Assembly: GCA_951406725.2 (NCBI GenBank)
Contig: OX597830.1
Coordinates: 31,186,001-31,250,000 of the forward strand
DNA from: Octopus vulgaris
Lineage: Eukaryota
DNA length: 64,000 nt
Direction of reading: 5' to 3'
This document shows, piece by piece, positions 43,742 to 58,065 of this stretch. Each line of letters begins with the position of its first letter. The stretch's first letter is position 1. Made by a program: the position numbers and the translations under genes. The notes below the pieces were generated by a model. The model worked only from the letters and a program-made list of their open reading frames with translations. It was not told where the DNA came from and did no database searches.

Positions 43742-43780
<39 letters not shown>

Positions 43781-43850
43781 TGCACATACCATTATGCAAT
43801 ATATATAAACCTTAAAGATAGTGTATATTACACAGACTCTATATTACAAA
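43618..43850 (+). repeat. Three tandem copies of a ~45-60-bp unit
   Basis: ccattatg.aata.atataaac.ttaa..ata.tgtatattaca at ~43619, 43684 and 43789. Confidence 0.75.
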
Positions 43851-43875
43851 TATATATATACATATAATATATAAT

Positions 43876-43925
<50 letters not shown>

Positions 43926-44548
43926 GTACACACAGCACATAAGAGATGTATATTGTACATATATAAAGTATATGCAATATATATATGTGTGATTGTAGAT
44001 GCACATAAGTTTGCGTTTGCGTATGTGTGTATATGTCGATGCGTATATGTGTGTGTGTATGCCTTTACATATCTGTGTTTGTGCTTATCTTCGCTTCTTT
44101 TTTCCTTTTTTTTTTTAAACATATCCTTGTGTTGAAAAATCACTAGTGACTTTGCTTCCGGTTGTGGGCAAGGGTGTAAATCCGCGTTTGTGTGTGTGTG
44201 TGTGTTTACGTACACACAGGTAAGAAAAAAACAGGAATCGTTTCTGTCGCGTTTCGAGAAATATATGTGCGTGTTTGTGTTTGTGTGTGTGTGTATAAGT
44301 GATGGGCTCAGTATATTACGGGGTATAGGCACGAAGGGTGTGTCCGCAACATGAGCGCAGTCCAATGAGTGGCGAAAGTAAAAGCATTTAAACAAAGTAC
44401 ACACATACAGACATACATGTATCTACGTACATACACACACACACGCATACACAGGGATTGAAAAGTCAGCCTTGTCGAAATGATGGGGTCACTGTCGCTT
44501 TATATACACACACGCGCACACACATAAATGTATGTATGTGTGTGTGTG

Positions 44549-44580
<32 letters not shown>

Positions 44581-44610
44581 TAGACAGACTAATAGATAGA
44601 TATGTACACA

Positions 44611-44772
44611 TACGTACGTATGTACATATATAAATATACGCATGTGTATAATATATGTATGTATATATATATATATATATATACATATATTATACACATG
44701 CGTATATTTATATACGTACGTATGTACATATATAAATATACGCATGTGTATAATATATGTATGTATATATAT
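44611..44772. repeat. Direct-inverted-direct triplication
   Basis: 44611-44670 equals 44713-44772, and 44681-44714 is the reverse complement of 44627-44660. Confidence 0.8.
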
Positions 44773-44833
44773 AATATATATATATATTATATATACATAC
44801 ATATATATATATACACACATACATAAACAAATG

Positions 44834-44885
<52 letters not shown>

Positions 44886-45145
44886 CATAAACAAATGTAT
44901 GTATATATACATACATTTATGTATGTATGTATATATGTATGTATGTATTATGTATGCATGCATGTATGTATAATCCCTGCATCTAAGTGATATACGGTGA
45001 GCACCGTTTTGAATTTAGGTAAGAAACCGAGTTGGGTACAAGAGAGAAAATACGTCAAGTTTTTGCCATGCCGTCTTGTTTATCGTGTTTGTACTGAATG
45101 TAGCAAGTGTATGGATAGTATTCGTTGAAATTTTTTGTTGCTCAC

Positions 45146-45345
45146 CTCGAGCCTAGACCAACCACAACGCACATTTGTATCATTATACTTGTTATTGTCG
45201 ATGTTGTTGTTGTTGTTGTTGTAGTAAATTCCTCTTTCCGCTGTTCTTTTTTGCTTGTGTTGTTGTTGTTGTTGTCGTTGCTAGTGCAGTTCGTTGGAAA
45301 TGACAAGCTGTCTGCTGATGGACGGGGGGATTGAAAAAAATCCAT
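45146..45345 (-). CDS. Possible alternative first coding exon (MDFFQSPRPSADSLSFPTNC...MCVVVGLGS)
   Basis: ATG at 45345 opens a frame that runs to a good donor, GAG|gtgagc (plus ctcac 45141-45145), phase 2. It lies in CpG-retaining DNA. Much of the frame is trinucleotide repeat, so it may be 5'UTR or chance. Confidence 0.3.
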
Positions 45346-45570
45346 CCATAATACTACTCCAATGAGAAAGCAAGGGAAAGAAAGAAAGAAAGAAAAAATA
45401 AATGATAATAATAACAACAACAACAACATATCTGTCCCTTAATCAATGACGCACCGACTCATAACAACGATACACAGACAAGCATGTACACATTGAAACA
45501 CACATGGGCATAGTTACAAACACACACACACGCTTGAGCCAATTCGAGTGGAATATAAGAAAATAAATTG

Positions 45571-45620
<50 letters not shown>

Positions 45621-46455
45621 CGCTATCGGCAAATAAAGAAAATTATTATTATCATCATCATCATCATTACAGAAAGCATAAGTGCGTGCGAGCTTTTGTA
45701 TACATAGGAACTATGTATATACATACACCTTGAGTGTAAGTATATAGATGTATGAATGTATGTACAGAATACTGTGTGTGTGTGTGTGTGTACCAATTGA
45801 GGAAAATACCATCTTGATCAAACAGCGCTTTACAGAAAAACCAAAATCAATGGTAACAGACAGAAACGAAAATCAGAAAATGTGTGTGTGTGTATTTGCG
45901 TTTATATATATATATATATACGTAAGGCCCTGTGTGTTTATGTATCTGCGTTTTCGTTTTTTCATGAGTATTTACGAGAGAGAGAGAGAGAGAGAGGAAG
46001 CATCATCATCATCATCATTAATAAAAGCAGCAACAAGCACAACCCGATAAAAGAGATAGCAACCATAGCATCAACAACAACGTTGACGAAGAAGGAGTTA
46101 AAGTAACATCACCATCAACAACACCACCACCACCACCATCAGTGGCAAGAGAGAGTCTATTACAACAACTAACAACTATAACTAGCCGAACTAGAGATTA
46201 ATTAATTATGGACGGTGGGTGAATAAGGAAAAAAAATTATTTAGAATAAATAAATACGCTATGTCAAAACTAGACGCTTCCATGGCTAATTTTTCCTCTT
46301 CCAAGCTGAGAGAGAACCACACACACACAACACACAGTTCGGAGTGGCCGAACAACGACAAAAATATCCATTAGCATTTCATTTATATCTGGTAGCAAGA
46401 CTGACAGATTGACAAACACACACACACTCACACACACATGCACAGACAGACAAAC

Positions 46456-46525
<70 letters not shown>

Positions 46526-46923
46526 GCATGTAAGGTCTGTATACATCATCTCAACGTTTTCGTAGTCTCTACACTAACTATACATGTATGTATGTATTTT
46601 TGATCTAATGTCAGTTATAGAAAGGCAATACACGCACATATACAAAATACTCTCTCTCCTTCATAACATACCAGCTATCATCTCCAGTCTCTCTATGTTG
46701 TGTATTTTACACAAACACACAATGCGTATAATACATAGGTAGACATACACAACACTCTTTTAGAATTTACTCGTACCCGCTATCTTTATCGCTCGCTTTT
46801 CTCTCTTGTTTTCGTCTTTGCATCGTACTTATTTGAAAAGGAAGCGAGAGACGGAGATGTAACGAGTGTATATATATAGAGAGACTCATAGTAATAGACA
46901 GAGAGAAGAGTGAGACATACATA

Positions 46924-46965
<42 letters not shown>

Positions 46966-47121
46966 TATATACACACACACACACATAAAGAGAGAAAGAA
47001 AGAGAGAGGAAGAGAAGAGAGAGCTGGGCAGAGACCGTAGAAGCAGAACAAAAATATAGAATCCGGGATATATATATTAGAGAATATATGTAAAGAAGAA
47101 TAATTAAAAGACGTTACTTAC

Positions 47122-47184
47122 TTCCATATAGAGGCACGTTTGAAAAGAACACAGAGGAGAGAGAGAGAGAAACTGAGACATTAG

Positions 47185-47215
<31 letters not shown>

Positions 47216-47270
47216 GAAGGGAGCGAGCTAACGAGAGAAAGAAAGAAACATCGAAGCGAGAGATAGCGAA

Positions 47271-47304
<34 letters not shown>

Positions 47305-47450
47305 CAAAAACACTCGCACATAATAAACACACGTACACATACGCGCGCACATACAGCGTCAAACGAACGAACGCATGCAGCTTAGACACGGACGGACACA
47401 CAGACACCACCGACCCACGGTGTTCGAGTGTGTGTGTGTGTGTGTCCGTG
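47122..47450 (-). promoter_or_regulatory. Possible alternative promoter or first exon ending ATG GAA|gtaagt
   Basis: Consensus donor gtaagt (plus acttac 47116-47121) directly after ATGGAA. Upstream on the minus strand are CT repeats and a CpG-rich stretch (acgcgcgc, cggacgg, ccgacccacgg). The upper boundary is approximate. Confidence 0.25.
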
Positions 47451-47562
47451 TGTGTGATATGTACAAATGCATGTGTATATGTGTGTGTGTGTGTCTGTGG
47501 TTGATAGTTAAAATGTACAAGAAGCGGGTGTGTGCTAGATAATTTTCTAATCAAGCAAGATT

Positions 47563-47705
47563 GCCACTACCACCACCACCACCACCGCCACCGCCGTCAC
47601 TACTATTACCACTGCCAGCAGCAGCAGCAGTGGCAGAAGCAGCAGCAGCAGCAGCGGCAACACCACCACCACCACCAACACCACCATCACCACCACTACT
47701 GCAGC
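47563..47705. repeat. Compound (CAC)n/(CAG)n trinucleotide tract
   Basis: Directly visible. It is open in several frames because it is low complexity. Confidence 0.85.
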
Positions 47706-48894
47706 CAGGGGCCCCTAGTGATAGACATGGTCTCAAAACATAACCACATACGGACACACAGACACGCTGAAAACATTTAACTTCCCCCCCCCTTCTTCTC
47801 CTCTCTCTCATTCTTTCTTTCTTACTGTCTTTTTCTTACTCTCTTGACCCTCCTCCTCCTCGTCGTCCTCTCCCTCGCTCTCTCTCTGTTCACTCTATCT
47901 ATCGTCATCTTTTTCTTCCCCCCCACCATCAGCTTCTTTCTTTCTATCTCTCATTAACACTTTCATAATCATCTAACCTTTCGCTCAGCCTTTCTTCTAA
48001 GTATCTCTCACCATTGTTTTCTCTCTCTCTCTCTCTCTCTCTTTCCAGCATTCTCCTTACACACATACACACACACATCTATCTATATATATATGTGCGT
48101 ATATATTCGTTCTCATTAATTGTTTCATACTCACGCATCCTTACACAAACACGCTTTCTCTACCTGTTCCTCATCCCTCTTCCCCCCTCTCTCTCTCTCT
48201 CATCTTTTTCTCCTTCTCGCTTCTGTCTCTTCCTGCATTTCACTCTATTTCTCTCGCTTTTTAACTCACGCGCTTTCTCTTTTCCCTTCGTTTCTTTCTC
48301 AATTATTCTTCTTCCCATTGGCTTCCTTCTTCGCTCATTTACGCTTTTTCTCATTCTAACAACACAACACGTACGTACGTACACATACATACAGATTTAT
48401 ATATCTATTGAGCATTGCATTTTCATTCTTTTTTAGCTCCCGATCGTCGTCCGTTCTATTCTTCCTTCGTTCACAGATTTGATTTTTTTTTCTTCTTTTG
48501 TAAGAGAATTTTAACGGAGCGATCAGCCCTTCCGAGATGAACAGACTCTTACTCTATCTTCCACAGTTACTTTAATGCTTTGTTATTCTTGTTACACATT
48601 CATACATACACGCGTCTATAACATATAAACACACACACGCACGATATGTTCGTCTTCAATTACTTTTTTCTTTTCGTCTGTCAAGCAACTTATCATCTGT
48701 CTATATTTTTCTCTTTAATTTATAAATGGAAAACAACAGATACAAGATAACTACAGAAACACTACATCGATCAAGGAACATGCTTCAATTACAAACACAC
48801 ATGCACACACTTGTGTGGTGTGGTGTGTGTGTGTGTGTGTGGATGTCATGTCATTTATGAAATTAATCAGCATTTTAAGATCGCCGAGCAAAAA

Positions 48895-49098
48895 CTACAT
48901 GGTCGAACCAACGAAAGAAGCCTGGATGTGGTCACTTGGCTTGCTAGAAATAGAAGCCAACTTTTCCTCAAACTTCGCTCAACTGTGTTAAAACATAAGG
49001 AAGAGCACTTTGGATAACGACAGGACAGTCAGCGATGGAGCGCCTTTGGTTTTAAGTCTACTACTCGCTTAGGGCTGACCTAGGGTTAATCAACAGCA
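48895..49098. mobile_element. Decayed interspersed repeat (tgctagaaatagcagccaa family)
   Basis: The motif gtggtcac..tgctagaaata..agccaaa..ctc and tagggctgacctaggg recurs at ~52815-52960 and 60305-60630. Reverse copies lie at ~50560-50610, 51940-52130 and 53500-53540. Confidence 0.5.
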
Positions 49099-49189
49099 TA
49101 TCTGTGTATGTATGTATGAATAAATAGATAGATAGATTGATAGATAGAAAGATAGATAGATGGACAGATAGATAGATAGATAGATAGAT

Positions 49190-49228
<39 letters not shown>

Positions 49229-51320
49229 GGACAGATAGATGGATAGATAAGCGTGTACATGAGCGAGCGTGTGCAACTGTGGATGTTATCGAAGTAAAGG
49301 AAAAAACGGGATGTTTTTCTCTGGCGTGTATATTCACGGAAACACAATGCTTGGAGTTTATATGCTCCAGCATTACCGCAACCGCACGTCTGAAACATAA
49401 AAAAATATGTGTGTGTGTGTATTTTTGATTAAGCCACTAGTGACCATGTTATTTCTTAAACGAACCCCAAAGGTCTGGCTAGTGGCGATGTATTATATAT
49501 TGAGAAGAGTGTGGGAGGGACATGAAAACCAAGTATGGATGACAACTAAGGATTAAGAGAAATGAGATAATCCATTCGTAACGGCGATTACGACAAAGAA
49601 GATGACGATGATAATGAATGAACGTAGCATTAGTAAGTATATGCTTCTAAAATAGGAAAGATGATTGAGATTTTTTTTTTTTCCAATATGTGAGAAGATA
49701 GAAATTAATGTCCTTTTACTTTTTTTTTTTTTTTAAGCCGCGGAAGTGAATGGAAACCGGATCGTACAAACCTAGTTACCCTAACATGTGATGGTTGTGT
49801 GTGTTACTTATGAGCTTACGAGAAAAGCGTTAATGTTGTGAAAAGTAAACGTGAAAAAAATGCCGTTGTTATAAAACCTTCCACAAGAAGAAGAAGAGTA
49901 TGTTTTCGTTCGGACCTGATTGAGCATTTCGAAGTGAGTGAAATAACGGGTATTTTTAAAGTGGAAGGGAGAGAGAGAGAGAGAGAGAGGTGAATGAATT
50001 AAAGGAGAAGGAGGACAACTCGAGTAAAGGTAGGAGTGAATGAAAGAGTAAGTTGACCTGACCAACAACAGCAAAACAACCACCGTCCATTATAGTCACA
50101 CACACACACACACACACACACGCAAACGCACACATAGCTGTAAGAGATGTGCATTTCATACACACACTAATGGAGGTGGGGGGGGGATTACTCCAACCAT
50201 TTTGAGACGCATGCATAACGTGTCATACATAAAATACAAAATGCGTGGTATATGTATATATATACACACACACACGTTTGGGATAAAGATATTTCAACAT
50301 CGCTTCTGTCCCCCTCATCAATACAGTCATCGCCACAGCATTAATCAAGGATCTCCCACCAGTGGAAACGCATTAGCAGTCTATACGTATGAGTGGAGTG
50401 TGTTGTTTATCTTAACATCCAAGCCTTGATAAAGCAAGCCTATTATAATATAATATAATCCACAACATTCCAACCGTGACCAGCCCATTTCATTCTTTAC
50501 CTTGTTTATTTTTTTTTTTGTTTTGAATTTTTTTTCAAACAGTTTATCTACATCTATTAGACATCAACGGATATTTAGCTTCTTTTTCTAGCCGGTCGAT
50601 CGACCATGTAATGTAGAAGAAGTTGCCTCGTTTGCTCAGTGTGTGTGTGTGTTGTATGAGCATGCATATGTACGTTTGTGCTGTGTTTTCAGTTTATTGC
50701 CACCCATCACTGGAATCTGTCGCCGTATTACAAACACACACGCACAGAGCAACAACAACAACAACAACAACAAAAAAATAGCCACAGTACTCTGAGTAAG
50801 TGTGTGCGCGCCTTTAGCTGTCAGATTCTTGTTGCCATGATCACACAGTGACTGACTGGTTGGGCTCTCTAGATAGTGGTATTGTGTTTGTCTAGAATGA
50901 ACAGAAGGGTGAAAGAAAGAGCTAAAAAAAAAAGTATTTAAAAAAAAACATACACAACACGAGAAGAGGAGTTAAGTGAATGAGCGAACCTTTAATACAG
51001 ACACACAGACACAACAAAAGATATCTGTTCATAACACACACACACGCGCACATATACACGCATAAACGGAGCAGAGTGCATGAACGCAATCAAAGCAACA
51101 GCAGTCACTTGGCATGCACACAGCAAAGCAGATCGCACCTTACACAACTAAACACTAAACACACACAGACACACACACACACAAACACGGAGCGACGTTA
51201 AGAACGTACAGCTGTAGATGGATAGAAGTGCATGTTTGTAGATACACTTAGACAAGTGTGGATACATTTACATACTCTTACAAATCGGCAGTTGCACGCA
51301 AATTATATACAGTCAGGTGC

Positions 51321-51370
<50 letters not shown>

Positions 51371-52321
51371 GATGGATGGATGGATGGATGGTTAAGGATA
51401 CATAGAAATATGAATAGATATCTAGACAAATACGTTATACACATATATACACATACATGCACATAGAGATAGAAAGATCATGTCATAGGTATAGGCCTGT
51501 GGTTGGAACCAGTTACACAACTAAAAGTTAGTAAAACGAACGTAGTTTTGCACGAAATCCCAGTACTGCACACACACACACACACACACAGACCATACAC
51601 GCTCAAAGCCTAGTTTACCCCTACACTATCTACACCATCATCATCATTGTCATCATAATTCCTATTGTCATGCCTTGACAGTTGACGGAAGAATGACGGC
51701 GGAGGTGGTAATTAGGCTATTGACGACGACGAATATGATGATGATGCTAATGATGATGATGACGACGTCGATGTGGTGGTGGTGGTGATGGTGGTAGAAG
51801 TATGGGTAACGTGGGCTGTTGACTGTATATATGAAGAGAATGTGTTAGTTATTGTTCTCTTTTTGTTTTTTTGTTTTTTTTACCAAAGAGGGGGACGAGG
51901 GAAAGTTGTCCGAATAGTTACTAAGTAATGTTGTTACTGCTTAGCCCTAGGTCGGCCTTAATTGAGCAGACTTTACGATCAAAGGCACTGAAACAATGAC
52001 CATCACATTCTTCATTTCCACGAGAATGTACTCCGTTTTCTTTTCTTCTTTTCTTTTCTCGTTTGAGACGGCGTGATCTGATTGACGAGAGATTTTTGGC
52101 TATTATTTCCAGGACGGTCGAATGCCTATGTAGTGTCTGCCTCACTTTTTGGCTCGAAATGAGGAATGTTTTTTTATCTCGGTGATGATAATGGTGAGTA
52201 GTGGATAAGGTGAGAGTGACTGGTGGTAGTCTTTGTTGTGCCACCTTGGTGGTATTTGTGTCGGTGTTTCTTGTGGAATTCAGTAGCGGCCGTAGCGTTT
52301 TGGTGGTGGTGGTGGTGGTGA

Positions 52322-52353
<32 letters not shown>

Positions 52354-52513
52354 AGTTCCGGTTTGTGTTAGTAGTGTTTGAAGTTGTGGTGGTAGTAATA
52401 GGTCTTGTTTATAAGTTATGCGATCGTGGTGCTGGTGCTGGTAGTGTTGGTAGTTAAGCTATGGTTGTGGTTGAAGTAGCATCGGTGAAGGCTGTTTGCT
52501 GTGTTGCCTGTAG

Positions 52514-52559
<46 letters not shown>

Positions 52560-53919
52560 GGTGGTGGTGGTGGTGGAGGTGGAGGTGGTGACGGCGCTGT
52601 TGGTTGTTTTGTTTGGAAACTGATCAAGGATGAGAACTCACCACGTGAGAAAAGAGAGAGATTCTCGCAACAACGGCGATATTACGCAATACAAGACACG
52701 CAAACAGTCTAAAGCACGCTTCCTCACTCTGGATATGCCAAGGTACCATCCTCAAAAACAGGAAGGTAAACAAAAATACATTCCGACCAACGACGATGTT
52801 GTTTAAACGGTCCGTCGACCTGCTAGAAAATGCAGCCAAATTCCAATCACCTTGCACTCAGCAACCTTCGAACGGAAAGAATCATTGGATAATAAATTCC
52901 TGGATGGACTGCTTCAATTATCAGACTGGATTATCACAGATGGAACGCTTTTTGATCATCAGACTTCTCAGTTAAGTCTGACTCGGTGCTAAGCAATAAT
53001 AACAAATTAAAACATTTTTGATGTGATATAGTAGTTAATTTCTCGTTCAATCAAGATCATTATTAATATATCACAAGTTTTTTAAAAAATGTTAAAAAAA
53101 ACACAAAAAAAACGAGGAAAACAGCAAAAACAGAAACATCATCATCAACTACCAGAATGAAAATTTTGATTGATCGATCGATCTTTTAAATCAATCGATG
53201 AGTTAATCATTTAATCAATCAATAAACTGTACTCCAGCCGTTAAGCAGATTCTCCTATACAATGCGCGTGTTGTGTGTGTGCTTGCATATAAAGATGATT
53301 TAAACAGAAAGAATGTGATCCCAAACAATGTATATATGCATGATGAGGAGGAAGAGGAAGGAATGAAGGAAGGAAGAGGAGGAAACATTTACTCCCACAC
53401 CAGGCCCTGATCGGTGATTCCAACTAAGACGCTCTAGTCACGACCATCCTGTCCTCTGAGGTGTCCTTGCCTCTTTATTTTTGACGGCACTGTGTAGTTT
53501 GAAGAAGAATTAGCTACTGTTTCTAGTAGGTCGAGCAACTAACTATGTAAGAGGCTCGAGTTGTGATCGATGATAGTGATGATGATGATGATGATGATGA
53601 ATTTGGAAGAAAAATATCATAACAGCGAGTCATATATCCAGTCAATATGTAAATGACAGAGATTTCGCTTTAGAGTCCCTGGAGGGATGATTCAAATAGA
53701 CTAACTCCTGTGATATTTGAAATCAGAATAAGAAGGTAAACAGATGGAACTAAAGATATTCTAACGATTTTGGTCAAGCTGAAATTCAACTGGGTTGCCA
53801 ACAACCCCTTTCTGATGATAGCGGATAGTCAAATACTCACACACACACACATATAAATGGACAGTCACTTGACAAGAGAAGTAACTAAATAATAATAATA
53901 ATAATAATAATAGTCTCTT

Positions 53920-54062
53920 ATTTAGGCACAAGGCCCACAATTTTGAGGGGAGAGAGTTGGGTCAATTACAGCGACCCCAGTACTTAACTGGTACATCATT
54001 ATCATCGATCCTGAAAGGATGGAAATCAAAGCTGACCTCGACGGGATTTGAACTCAGAACAA
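53920..54062 (-). mobile_element. Family-1-related SINE fragment
   Basis: ggcacaaggcc...cgaccccagtacttaactggtac...gaaaggatg...gatttgaactcagaac. Confidence 0.7.
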
Positions 54063-54464
54063 ACGATGCCAAAAGAATCAGTCTGACTGGTGATGCTAAT
54101 GGTAAGTAAACGATCTTGTGTGTGTGTGTGTGTCTGTGTGTATACACACACACACACTAATTCTTTCTCTCGCACTTATTAAGTCAGTGTATGTGCGTGT
54201 GCGTGTGTGTGTGTGTGTGCGTGCGCGCATTCATATAGGCAACATAAATAACTTAAATTCATTATCGACAATAGGGAGGGGGGACGGGAAGAGAAAGCGA
54301 GATGATGGCAGTAGTTTTCAATGGGGAAAGAATTAAAACAACTGTGATGGGGATTCCGAAAAATCACAGTGAATAAGCCATTTAAACAAGATAATGATGA
54401 ACACATATTTATACATGCTTAGACTACTGAATCGATAGATAGAAAGATAGACAGATTGACAGAC

Positions 54465-54524
<60 letters not shown>

Positions 54525-54701
54525 TATATATACATATACATCCACACGCACATAGATATTTTGCGTATATATAATTAATGTGCGTGTACATTTGTGAATG
54601 TACGTTGCCAGAGAGAAAAATATGAATTGCACAAAAAGCCAGAGAGAGGCGGGAGGAAGAGAGAGAGAAAAAAGTGAGAATGAAAGAGGAAAAAGGAACG
54701 C

Positions 54702-54732
<31 letters not shown>

Positions 54733-55101
54733 GAATAAGCGGAAAAAAAAAATGGCTAAAAATGTAAGGTTATCTATAAGAATTACAACGAAAACGGCAG
54801 GAACGGTAAAAACAAGAGCCAATTCCATAACACGACACAGCACATACACACATACATACATATATATATATATATATACACACATACGACACATACACAG
54901 TACACAGAATTATATATTTATATACATATATACATATAAACGTGTGTGTGTTGACTTACAGATGGTAAAAGTAAGGTAACTGCATATTCCTGAGGGTACG
55001 AATGTGTATTGTATTTTTTTCCCTTTTGTTCTGCTAAAATGTTATGTTTATATATGTTTTTTTCTTCTTTTAATATATATATATTTTATGTATTAACCAA
55101 C

Positions 55102-55205
55102 CAAGTGCTTTGCCGGTGGACACCCCCGTTTTTCTAAAAGTACGCGCTGGTGTCAGCGGCGACAACAGCGGGGACCGACTGGGAGTTGCGGCCGTAGGAG
55201 CCTTA
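55102..55205 (-). CDS. Candidate internal coding exon, (S)KAPTAATPSRSPLLSPLTPARTFRKTGVSTGKAL; product not identified
   Basis: Minus strand has a long pyrimidine tract (tttttccccctaccttcggttgttctctcgtttgttgtag), then 104 nt of GC-rich stop-free sequence, then donor G|gttggt. It stands out sharply from AT-rich and GA-repeat flanks. The peptide looks like a disordered SP/TP-rich linker. Confidence 0.65.
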
Positions 55206-55268
55206 CTACAACAAACGAGAGAACAACCGAAGGTAGGGGGAAAAACACTTAGAGAGAGAGAGAGAGAC

Positions 55269-55303
<35 letters not shown>

Positions 55304-55849
55304 CAGAGAGTATGTGTGTGTGTGTGAAAGAGAGAGAGCAAGAAGTATCGAGGAAACAGAGATAGAGAGATAGAGATTGATAAAGAAAAAGAGGAAGAGG
55401 AGCAGAGAGAGAGAGAGGAGTCTGTTGAACAGATTTCAGATACGAAAGAGAAAGCGAATCGAAGATAGAGAAACTGATGTAGAAAGATATAAAGAGCCAA
55501 TGTAAGAAGAAGAAAAGATAGAGTAGGATATACGTGTATATGAAAAAGACCAGAAGCTGTATTTATACTAATTATATTTGAGTAGAGATGAGGAAGGAAA
55601 AAGCGAGAGACACAACGAAAAAGGCAGTGACATAGAGAGGCAGGAAGTCACAGAGTAGCAGTAGTAGGAGGAGGAAGACACATCGCTCTTACTCTTTCTC
55701 TTTCTCTCTCTTTAGATATATATATATATATATGTGTGTGCGTGCGTGTGTGTGTAAAATATGTATAAAGAAAAGGGAGAACGACAGCAAGAGAGGAGCA
55801 AAATTGAAGGTGAGAGTTGTAGCAGGAGTAGTAAAAAAAAGGTGCGTGC

Positions 55850-55940
55850 GGATCGGTTGGTAGGTCGGCTGGTCGTTCGGTCGGGTGGTTGGTGGGCTGG
55901 TTGGTCGGTAGGTCGGTCGGTCGGTCGGTTGGTCGGTCAG
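55850..55940. repeat. Degenerate (GGTC/GGTT)n tetranucleotide tract
   Basis: Directly visible in the sequence. Confidence 0.85.
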
Positions 55941-56370
55941 TCTTTATTTTCACCACTATAGACAGACAGACAGACAGACACTCAAAACACGCATTTACAT
56001 ACATGCAGACCAGAGAGTTAACAGGAGTAGTGGGAAGAGGAGGAGAAAAATATGAAGCGAGGAGAAGGCGGAGTAACAAAACGAGTCGTGGTGAGAGAGA
56101 GAGAGAGAGATAATATGGAAAAGATGGAGAGAGATAGAGAGATGAGGACACACACACATATATATGTATATTTATATACATATATATGTATATATATGTA
56201 TATATATGCACACACGCACAAAGATTTAATAATGAAGATAAAGCGACTGTTGGAAAATCATTCGTGTCAGTTAGTTTAGGAGAAGTAAAAAGGAAACGAA
56301 TAACGAGAGAGAAAGAGAGAGAGAGAGAGAGAGCAAGAAATATGTGTTGATTGCGTATATATACATACAC

Positions 56371-56418
<48 letters not shown>

Positions 56419-56802
56419 TTTATGAATATACATGCGAGGAGTAATTAGAAATCTATATACATCCGCACAGATTCATAATTATAAAATTATAAATTGATTA
56501 TATACTACAGATTTAGCGTATGTGTGTGTGTGTGTGTCTGTGCCTTAATGAAATCACAGCCTCTTCTCACACTGCCTCATTTCACACACACACATTGTAC
56601 CTTTGGAATCATCAAAGTGGTAGAGAGAGTTGAAATGAGAGAGAAAAACATCGAGAGAAGAACGTAGAGAGAGAGAGAGAGGGGGGAGAGAAAGAGAGAA
56701 ACGCAAAGCGAAAGAAACGAAAATAGAATGGGTTACATACACACACGCACATAGAAGCAAGATATATATATATATATATATATATATATTGCTTCAATGT
56801 GC

Positions 56803-56879
<77 letters not shown>

Positions 56880-57749
56880 TAGAGATAGAAATTCACAGAG
56901 AGAGAGAGAGAGCATCTTACGTGCAAGAGTCAACTATTTTAGAAATTGTTAACAAACATGAATTGGAAGAAAATATTAGAATTAGAATAACAGTAATTTC
57001 TTTCAACTAGAAACGATTCAATTCTTTTTAAAGGAGAAGCAAGGAGTGGGATACATTCCATTGAATCTACCCTGGTACATGACTGGTATACCTTCTTCAT
57101 TTTTATTTCTATTTTTTTTTTTGTGTATATATTTTATTGGAGGGCTGGGTAAATAGAATGATTTGGTTTAGCGCAAATCTTCCTTTCTAATTTTTTCTTT
57201 CTTTTTTTAGGTCGCAAAATGTTAAAGACAAATGAATCGACCTTCATTATTGCAGACAGTTATCTATTAATTGAATGCAGACCAAAAATTGGAATGAAAA
57301 AAAAAGTAAGAAAGCTGATTCCCAGTGTAACTCGAACTTAAACAAGAAATTCAGAACCGTATGATGTAAATATGATTTAAAAAAAAAAAAAAAGAAAAAT
57401 GAAAAATATGTATTGATGAAAAAAAAAAAGAAAAGAAAAAAGAAAAAAAAGAAGCGTTCATTTTGCTTCTTTTTCGAAGAATGATATATCAATGGATTTC
57501 TTACATTGGCACAGTACCAGGGATTTGTATAAACGATGGTACTAGCGATCTGCAATTCTTTATACCTGGACCGCTAACCACAACAAGGATTTCTTATAGA
57601 AAAGCACAAGGCCAAATGTTTGTAGGAGGTTGCAGTCGATCATATCGGCTGCTGCCTTATTACAATCGACCCTGGAGGGATTTAAAAAACTGCACAATCA
57701 AGCCCCGGCTAGGAGAGAACGACTGTGTCACTACATATCACAAAGCTAT

Positions 57750-57809
<60 letters not shown>

Positions 57810-58027
57810 ATCTATATATACATCTGGGGATGGTAGAGTCAATTTAGTCGGCATCAGTACCTGATTGGTACTCTTAACTTTATCGATCTCCGGAAGATTC
57901 TAAGTTAGAATTAAGTTCGGCGGAATGTTTTCTTTCTTCCGGGGTCGATAAAAGAGATACCAAGCAGGTGCTAGAACCGGCGGATGCCGCCACCCACTAC
58001 ATCAGAAATCATTATTGTTAATCATTA

Positions 58028-58065
<38 letters not shown>

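Noticed and set aside
47532-47780. Poly-His/Gln or poly-Pro/Ala ORFs resembling a transcription factor
   Set aside because: The trinucleotide tract is open in several frames, with no domain and no convincing splice sites.
55102-55125. GKAL resembling the phosphofructokinase N-terminus (GKAIAVLTSGG)
   Set aside because: Only four residues match, and I found no TSGGD-encoding exon downstream in the window. No gene symbol assigned.
57505-57549. 45-nt in-frame minus-strand exon candidate between the two called exons
   Set aside because: The acceptor lacks a pyrimidine tract (aagaattgcag) and it is adjacent to SINE remnants.
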